A stretch of DNA of 64,000 nt from assembly GCA_964545855.1 (NCBI GenBank), contig CAZJHD010000011.1, positions 41,763 through 105,762 on the forward strand. The letters are read 5' to 3'. This stretch comes from an uncultured Planctomycetales bacterium (GTDB taxonomy: Bacteria; Planctomycetota; UBA1135; JACQFD01). How positions within the stretch are numbered: the stretch's first letter is position 1; each line of letters begins with the position of its first letter. Of the stretch, positions 58,848 through 64,000 are shown one piece after another. The notes beneath the pieces were generated by a model that saw nothing but the letters and a program-made list of their open reading frames with translations, was not told where the DNA came from and ran no database searches. The translations under genes and the position numbers were made by a program.

Positions 58848-61781
58848 TCACCGCCCGTCGCCGCTGCCCGCGGGCACCGGCGCGCCCTTCGCGGGAGCCG
58901 ACGCCGGCACGCTCGGCTTCGCCGCCGTCACGACGGCGAACGACGCGCGCGCCCGGCCGAGCCAGCGCTTCGCGAGCGGCGTGAGGTCGGCCGGCGCGAG
59001 CTTCTCGTGGAAGGACACCTGCGAATGGATGTCCTCGACGGCGGTCTCGTCGCGGTGGATGCGCGCGAGCGCGTTCACCCAGTACTCGTTCGTCCGGCGC
59101 GAGTCCTTGATCGCCGCCAGCATCGGCTCCTTCACGCGCGCGAGTTCGTCCTCCTGGACGCCCTCGGTCGCGAGACCATCGGCGGCCGCGAGGCACGCCT
59201 CCACCAGCGCCTTCTCGACGCCCGGCTCCGCCTGCGCCATCACCTGCACGAAGCCGTCCCCCGGGAACGTTTGGCTCAGCTCCGCGCGCGCGCCCGGCGA
59301 GTAGGACGCACCGAGCTTCTCGCGCACGTCGACGCGGAGCCGGTCCGAGAGCAGCGACGCGAGCACGTCGAACTTGCGCCGAGCCTCCGTCTCGCGGCCG
59401 TCGGGAGTCGGGAAGTAGATCGAGACGAGCGATCGCGGGACTTTCGAGTCGATCTCGTACGTCCGCTCCAGACCCGTGCGCAGCACGACGGGAGTTCGCC
59501 GCTCGTCCATCGGCCGCACCGCGGCGCGCACCGGGAGCGCGCCGAAGGTGCGTGCGGCCGCCTGCACCACCGCCTCGACGTCGAGGTCGCCGACCACCGT
59601 GAGGTCGAGAGCGCCCGTCGCGAGCTGCGGCTCGAGCCAGGCTCGGATCCGCTCCATCGTGATCGACTCCAGCTCCTCCCGCGTCGGGAACGACGTGCGC
59701 ACGTCGCCGGAAGCGAACTCCGGTCGGAACTGCTGCATCAGCGGGCCCTCGGGCTGGTGGCGCAGCGACTCGAACAGGAGCGGGATCTGCTCCGCGAAGC
59801 GCGTCAGCCCGTCGGGCCTCCAGCCCGGATCGGCCATGTAGGCCGTCGCCAGCTCGAAGCCGAGCAGAAGGTCGTCCTTCGTCGTGGAGCCCTGGAACAC
59901 GAAGCGGTCGTCCACGCTGTCGAAGACGACGGACGCCTGGCGCCCGGCCATCAGCCGGCGGATCGCGTCGTCGTCGTGCGCGCCGAGGCCGCCGCGGATG
60001 AAGACCTCGGGACCCGCCATCGAGAGCGCGCGGTCCTTCGCGTCGAAGGCGAGCTCGCCCTCGCCGAGCTGGGCCATCCAGAGGATCTGCCGATCGCGGA
60101 AGTCGGTCTTCTTCACGAAGAGACGCACTCCGTTCGCGAACTCCACCCGATCGGCGTCGAGCGCGTCGTCGTGCTTGCGGCTCGCGATCGCCCCCGCCTT
60201 CGCCGCGTCGGAGGGATAGGCGAAGGGCTTCGCCTCCATCGCCGCGCGCGGACTCACCGTCTTCGCGCGGCTCGCCGCGAGCGCCGCCGAGAGCGCCGCG
60301 TCCGCGCCCTCTCCGAGGGGAACGTTGCCGATCATGCTCACGCGGAGCTCCCCCTGGCCCCAGGCCTCGGCGAGCGCCCGGTGGCAGTCTTCCGCCTTCA
60401 TCGCCTCGAGCGCCGGCTTCAGCAGCGCGCGGCGCGTCGCCGCGTCCGCCACCACGACGCGCCGGCCCGCGGCGGAGGTGATCTCCGACACCCACGCGAC
60501 GCTCGACCGCGTCGCCTCGCGCTCGGCGGCCTCCTCGAGCTGGCGGATCTCGTTCGCGCGCACCTCGACGAGCTCCTCGGCGTCGAAGCCGTGCTCGACG
60601 GCGCGGCGCAGCTCGCGGTCGGCGCGATCGAGCGCCTTCTCCCAGTTGTCGGGAGTCGCCACGACGACGAGACCTTCGCCCGCGATCACCGGGACGCCGA
60701 GGCCCTCGGCGAGCTGCCGCAGGTCGAGCGCGCTCGCGTTCAGGAACGGCGCCCCCTGCTTCTTGCGGATCTCCGCGAGCCGGAGGTTCAGCATCGCGCG
60801 CGCCATGTCGAGCGGGAGGCGCTCCCGCACCGACTTCGCCGTGACGGGACGCTCCACGCCGGGCGTCACCTGGTCGATCTCCATGATGACGACGGGGATC
60901 TCCGGCTCCTTCACCACGAACACCGGGAACGCGTCCGAGAGCTCCCCGAGGGGCGGCTGCTTCGCCGCCTTGCCCGCCGCGCCCGCGAAGCTCGCGAAGG
61001 CCTCGCGCACGAGCGGCTCCGGATCAAGATCGCCCAGATCGCCGACGAGGACGAGGGTCGTGTTCTCGGGCCGGTACCACTTCTCGTAGAAGGCGCGGAC
61101 CGACTCGGGAGTGAATCCGTCGCGCGCCTCCTTGGCGCCGATCGGCAGCCGCGACGGCACGCGCGTCCCGTCGAGCTTCTTCCGGAGACCCTCGATCTGC
61201 GCGCGGAACTGCGCGCTGTCGCGCTCCCGCTCCTCGGCATCGATGATCCCGCGCTCCGCCGCCACCTCCTTCGCTTCGAGGAGCGCGCCGTCGGCGAAGT
61301 CGCGCAGGACCTTCAGCCCCTCGGCGAGCGTCGCGGCGTCGGTGCGCGGCAGATCGATCTGGTAGATCGTCTCGGAGAAGCTCGTGGACGCGTTCGTGTC
61401 GGCGCCGAAGGCCATGCCGTGCTTCTGGAACCACTCCACCAGCGTTCCGGCCGGGAACGACCGCGTGCCGTTGAACACCATGTGCTCGAGGTAGTGGGCC
61501 ATGCCGCGCTCGCTCTCCTCCTCGGCGAGACTCCCGACGTCCACGTGGAGCCGCAGGTAGCTGCGGTCCTTCGGCTCGACGTTCGCCATCCACGCGAAGC
61601 GCATTCCGTTCGGGAGATGACCGAAGCGGATCCGCGGCGAGACCGCGACGTCGGAGGTCTCGTGCTCCCAGGGGCGAACCTCCGCGGGACGCGCCTGCGC
61701 GAGGGCCGGCGGAACGAGCGCCGAGGAGACGAGGACGATCGGGAGGACGAGCGCCGCGGCGGCGCGGAAGGATCGGAGCAT
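58848..61781 (-). CDS. secreted M16 (pitrilysin/insulinase) family zinc peptidase, double-length form
   Basis: 977 aa with a signal peptide. It has the inverted zinc motif HYLEH (HxxEH) with downstream glutamates, and four M16-type half-domains. Confidence 0.88.
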   Translation of the reverse strand: MLRSFRAAAALVLPIVLVSSALVPPALAQARPAEVRPWEHETSDVAVSPRIRFGHLPNGMRFAWMANVEPKDRSYLRLHVDVGSLAEEESERGMAHYLEHMVFNGTRSFPAGTLVEWFQKHGMAFGADTNASTSFSETIYQIDLPRTDAATLAEGLKVLRDFADGALLEAKEVAAERGIIDAEERERDSAQFRAQIEGLRKKLDGTRVPSRLPIGAKEARDGFTPESVRAFYEKWYRPENTTLVLVGDLGDLDPEPLVREAFASFAGAAGKAAKQPPLGELSDAFPVFVVKEPEIPVVIMEIDQVTPGVERPVTAKSVRERLPLDMARAMLNLRLAEIRKKQGAPFLNASALDLRQLAEGLGVPVIAGEGLVVVATPDNWEKALDRADRELRRAVEHGFDAEELVEVRANEIRQLEEAAEREATRSSVAWVSEITSAAGRRVVVADAATRRALLKPALEAMKAEDCHRALAEAWGQGELRVSMIGNVPLGEGADAALSAALAASRAKTVSPRAAMEAKPFAYPSDAAKAGAIASRKHDDALDADRVEFANGVRLFVKKTDFRDRQILWMAQLGEGELAFDAKDRALSMAGPEVFIRGGLGAHDDDAIRRLMAGRQASVVFDSVDDRFVFQGSTTKDDLLLGFELATAYMADPGWRPDGLTRFAEQIPLLFESLRHQPEGPLMQQFRPEFASGDVRTSFPTREELESITMERIRAWLEPQLATGALDLTVVGDLDVEAVVQAAARTFGALPVRAAVRPMDERRTPVVLRTGLERTYEIDSKVPRSLVSIYFPTPDGRETEARRKFDVLASLLSDRLRVDVREKLGASYSPGARAELSQTFPGDGFVQVMAQAEPGVEKALVEACLAAADGLATEGVQEDELARVKEPMLAAIKDSRRTNEYWVNALARIHRDETAVEDIHSQVSFHEKLAPADLTPLAKRWLGRARASFAVVTAAKPSVPASAPAKGAPVPAGSGDGR

Positions 61782-62046
61782 GGAGCGTGTCGCGCCCTCG
61801 GGGGCGCCTCGGAGGGAATCGCGCCGCGACGACGTCGCCAGCCGCGAAACGGGCGGAGCAGCATACGGGGAGGCGGATCCGGAGGTGGGGACCCGCCACG
61901 ACGCCGGCCCCTCCCGGCGCGCCGCAGCGCCGAGCCTGACGGATTCAACCGTCTCTGTCTGTTCGTCGAGGGAGCCGGCAACGCCGGCGGGACGAAGGCA
62001 GAATCGATCTCTCCTCTTGCCCCATCGAGTCGGGCATTCTGTCTAG

Positions 62047-63282
62047 GTGGCCCAAGACAACTCCACGCCCGATTCTCGCCTCACCGAGCTTCGAGTTCAG
62101 GGGCTTCGGTCGCTCGAAGACGTGCGATTGAAGCTCGACGGCCTCACGGTCCTGATCGGGGAGAATGGGAGCGGAAAGAGCAGCCTGATCGAGGCGCTCG
62201 AGCTCCTTCGTCTCACGGCCACGGACGGGTTTCACGACTCGTTCTGGACACATCATGGAGGGACGGCAGCCCTACTTCGCCAGGGCTCGACCAAGCTCAC
62301 CCTTGGCGTCCGATTCACCGGATCGTTCGGACTCGCGGAATACTCCGTCTCCTTCTCGTCCGCCTATCCGGGGCGCATCGCCGAGGAGAGTCTCAAGGTC
62401 GCGGATGCCGCTGGAGAAGAACCGTCCATCGAGCTTCTCCAGCGAGACGAGAAGCGAGCCAAGCTTCAGGACCAACAAGGAGCGAAGTCGGCGATTGCGG
62501 TGTCTGGTTCGAACGACCCGAGGCGGCCTGCCCCGAGCCTCTTCGGCTTCATCTCGACTCCGCCAATGAGCGATCTTCAGAAGCTCCTCAGGGGACTCGA
62601 CGTCCACCTCGCCTTTCACGTTCGCGCCGCCTGGGCCGACCGTTCGGTCGCTCTGAGGAACCCGATCCGCGATCCGAGCAGCCTCTCGCAAGCTCAGCGC
62701 CTCGAGAGGCTCGGCTTCGGCCTCGCCAACATCTACCACGCGCTCTTGAATGGGGCTTCTCCAGAGACCAGGCAGAGAACGATCGATCTGGTCCGACTCG
62801 GATTGGGCCCCCAGGTCGAACTCATCACGACGCCCGCTGCTGCTAGCGGAGGCCAGATCGCCCTCGCACTGAAGGTGAGCGGATTGCGGGCGCCGATCTA
62901 CGCAACCGACCTATCGGACGGAGAGCTGAGTTACCTCGCAATGGTCTCATTGCATCTATGGGACGAAGGGCGAGAGCTACTCGCCTTCGATGAGCCGGAG
63001 ACCCACCTACATCCGAATCTGCTCTCGCGAGTCGTTGATCTCTTCGAGGCGTGCTCCCGCAGGTATCCCGTAGTCGTAGCAACGCATTCCGACCGCATCT
63101 TGGACGATCTCGCCCATCCTGAGCAGAGCGTGGTTCTCTGTGAGCTCGACGATCGGCGTGCGACGAAGCTCGTGCGTCCTGACAAGGCGGCGCTCGCGAG
63201 CTGGCTCGAGAGCTACCGAGGTCTCGGTGAGATCCGAGGCGCAGGACATGTCTCATCGGTGATGACTCGGCGTGACGACTGA
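62047..63282 (+). CDS. ABC-type (AAA_21-like, SMC/OLD-class) ATPase with no transmembrane or nuclease domain
   Basis: 411 aa with a GTG start. Motifs: Walker A GENGSGKSS (aa 38-46), signature-like LSDGELSYLAMVSL, Walker B/D-loop LLAFDEPETHLHP, H-loop VVVATHS. Its GC is lower than the flanks. Confidence 0.8.
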   Translation: MAQDNSTPDSRLTELRVQGLRSLEDVRLKLDGLTVLIGENGSGKSSLIEALELLRLTATDGFHDSFWTHHGGTAALLRQGSTKLTLGVRFTGSFGLAEYSVSFSSAYPGRIAEESLKVADAAGEEPSIELLQRDEKRAKLQDQQGAKSAIAVSGSNDPRRPAPSLFGFISTPPMSDLQKLLRGLDVHLAFHVRAAWADRSVALRNPIRDPSSLSQAQRLERLGFGLANIYHALLNGASPETRQRTIDLVRLGLGPQVELITTPAAASGGQIALALKVSGLRAPIYATDLSDGELSYLAMVSLHLWDEGRELLAFDEPETHLHPNLLSRVVDLFEACSRRYPVVVATHSDRILDDLAHPEQSVVLCELDDRRATKLVRPDKAALASWLESYRGLGEIRGAGHVSSVMTRRDD

Positions 63283-63856
63283 CTCCCCGCGCCCGGTCGC
63301 CACGATCCTCTATGAGGATCAACGCGGTCCAACCAAAGGCTTCGGTCTGCACGAACTCCTTCTCTCCTGTATCCACGATCAGCTCGGCGGCGAGCGCCAC
63401 GACTTCCGTCGAAGAGTGGAAGGGATTCCGAAGAAGGGAAACGGCAGCTTGCTGCGCTGCTGCGAGAAGGACGCCGCGAGGATCGCTGCGGACGGGCGGC
63501 AGCTGATCGCTGTTTTCGACAACGACAAGGTGCGCCGACTCCTGAACCTCGCGCAGGCCGTTTCCGAAGACGAAGTCCTCCAATCGATTCGCGCTCGCGT
63601 CCGTTTCGAGGAGCGATTCACCCCCGTGCTGCTTCACGAGAATCTCGAGTCCGTCCTTGAGGCGCTCGGCGCCTGTGACGAGGCCATCGACAAGGGACAA
63701 CTGGACGCTGCGACGAGGGAGAAGAGCCTCTTGGATCGAGACCTTCTTCTCCAACGCGCGGCTTTCAGCTCGCACCAGGACGTGCGGGACTGCGTCCTTG
63801 CGCGCATTCCTGCCTTGAAGGCCATTCGGGACATTGTCCTCGGCCTGCTTCGCTGA
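63272..63856 (+). CDS. small Toprim-like (RloB / DUF4276 / DUF4435-class) partner protein
   Basis: 194 aa with a GTG start that overlaps the ATPase gene by 11 nt. An N-terminal beta strand ends in acidic residues (VATILYEDQRG). A later stretch, LIAVFDNDKV, has a DxD-like motif. This is the layout of small Toprim-fold partners of AAA_21 ATPases. The assignment is tentative. Confidence 0.45.
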   Translation: MTTDSPRPVATILYEDQRGPTKGFGLHELLLSCIHDQLGGERHDFRRRVEGIPKKGNGSLLRCCEKDAARIAADGRQLIAVFDNDKVRRLLNLAQAVSEDEVLQSIRARVRFEERFTPVLLHENLESVLEALGACDEAIDKGQLDAATREKSLLDRDLLLQRAAFSSHQDVRDCVLARIPALKAIRDIVLGLLR

Positions 63857-63888
63857 CTCGGACTCTCCTGAGACAGCCGTCCGAGCGA

Positions 63889-64000
63889 CTAGGACCGGCT
63901 GCACTCCACGAAGGTCTCCGGCAGCCGCAGCTCCACGCCCTCCGGCACCACGACGAAGAGGAGCTCCTTGTTGCGCAGCCGGCCCGGCGTTCCGACGCGC
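63889..64000 (-). CDS. C-terminal fragment of an unidentified host gene (runs off the right window edge)
   Basis: Hand translation of the reverse strand gives ...RVGTPGRLRNKELLFVVVPEGVELRLPETFVECSRS-TAG. The high G/C third positions are typical of host genes. I could not infer a function. Confidence 0.4.
   Translation of the reverse strand, partial: RVGTPGRLRNKELLFVVVPEGVELRLPETFVECSRS

Overview
This is a very GC-rich, densely coding bacterial chromosomal segment. A 100-nt host-gene stretch I hand-counted is about 80% G+C. lptB and hldD point to a diderm organism; I will not name a taxon from sequence alone. Because stop codons are rare at this GC content, the six-frame track is full of long Arg/Pro/Gly-rich artefact ORFs. 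I kept about 50 features whose translations have normal composition and recognisable motifs. Many gene starts were re-placed at ATGA, GTGA or TGATG stop/start overlaps, which are pervasive in this window.

Housekeeping genes:
- Lipid and translation-related: rimO-pgsA-pgpA, psd, lepA-lepB, tRNA-Val(CAC).
- Envelope: hldD, lptB.
- Metabolism: an acyl-CoA dehydrogenase, etfBA, eno-ftsB, cdd.
- DNA: ligA.

Accessory or regulatory modules:
- A trio of prepilin-like genes.
- An operon encoding an FHA/GAF sigma-54 activator, a secreted protein and a Ser/Thr kinase.
- An ATP-grasp / FemAB-like / TPP-enzyme operon.
- A 12-kb translationally coupled MoxR/DUF58/VWA operon with an embedded ABC transporter.
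- A lower-GC two-gene islet at the right end (ABC-type AAA ATPase plus a small Toprim-like partner).

Observations most worth a second look:
1. Three near-identical tandem copies of a 163-nt non-coding unit lie just upstream of lepA. The unit has inverted-repeat ends, so each junction forms a 16-bp hairpin.
2. An in-frame UGA in the first gene of the MoxR operon is followed, after exactly 11 nt, by a stem-loop with a GGUC loop. Clear coding signal continues for 138 more codons.
3. The low-GC ATPase/Toprim-like pair looks like a defence-type module.
4. A two-hairpin REP-like repeat family occurs at two loci, one next to a 102-nt near-perfect palindrome.

I saw no rRNA, CRISPR array, integrase or transposase. 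All family assignments are motif-level calls made by eye and need HMM or BLAST confirmation.
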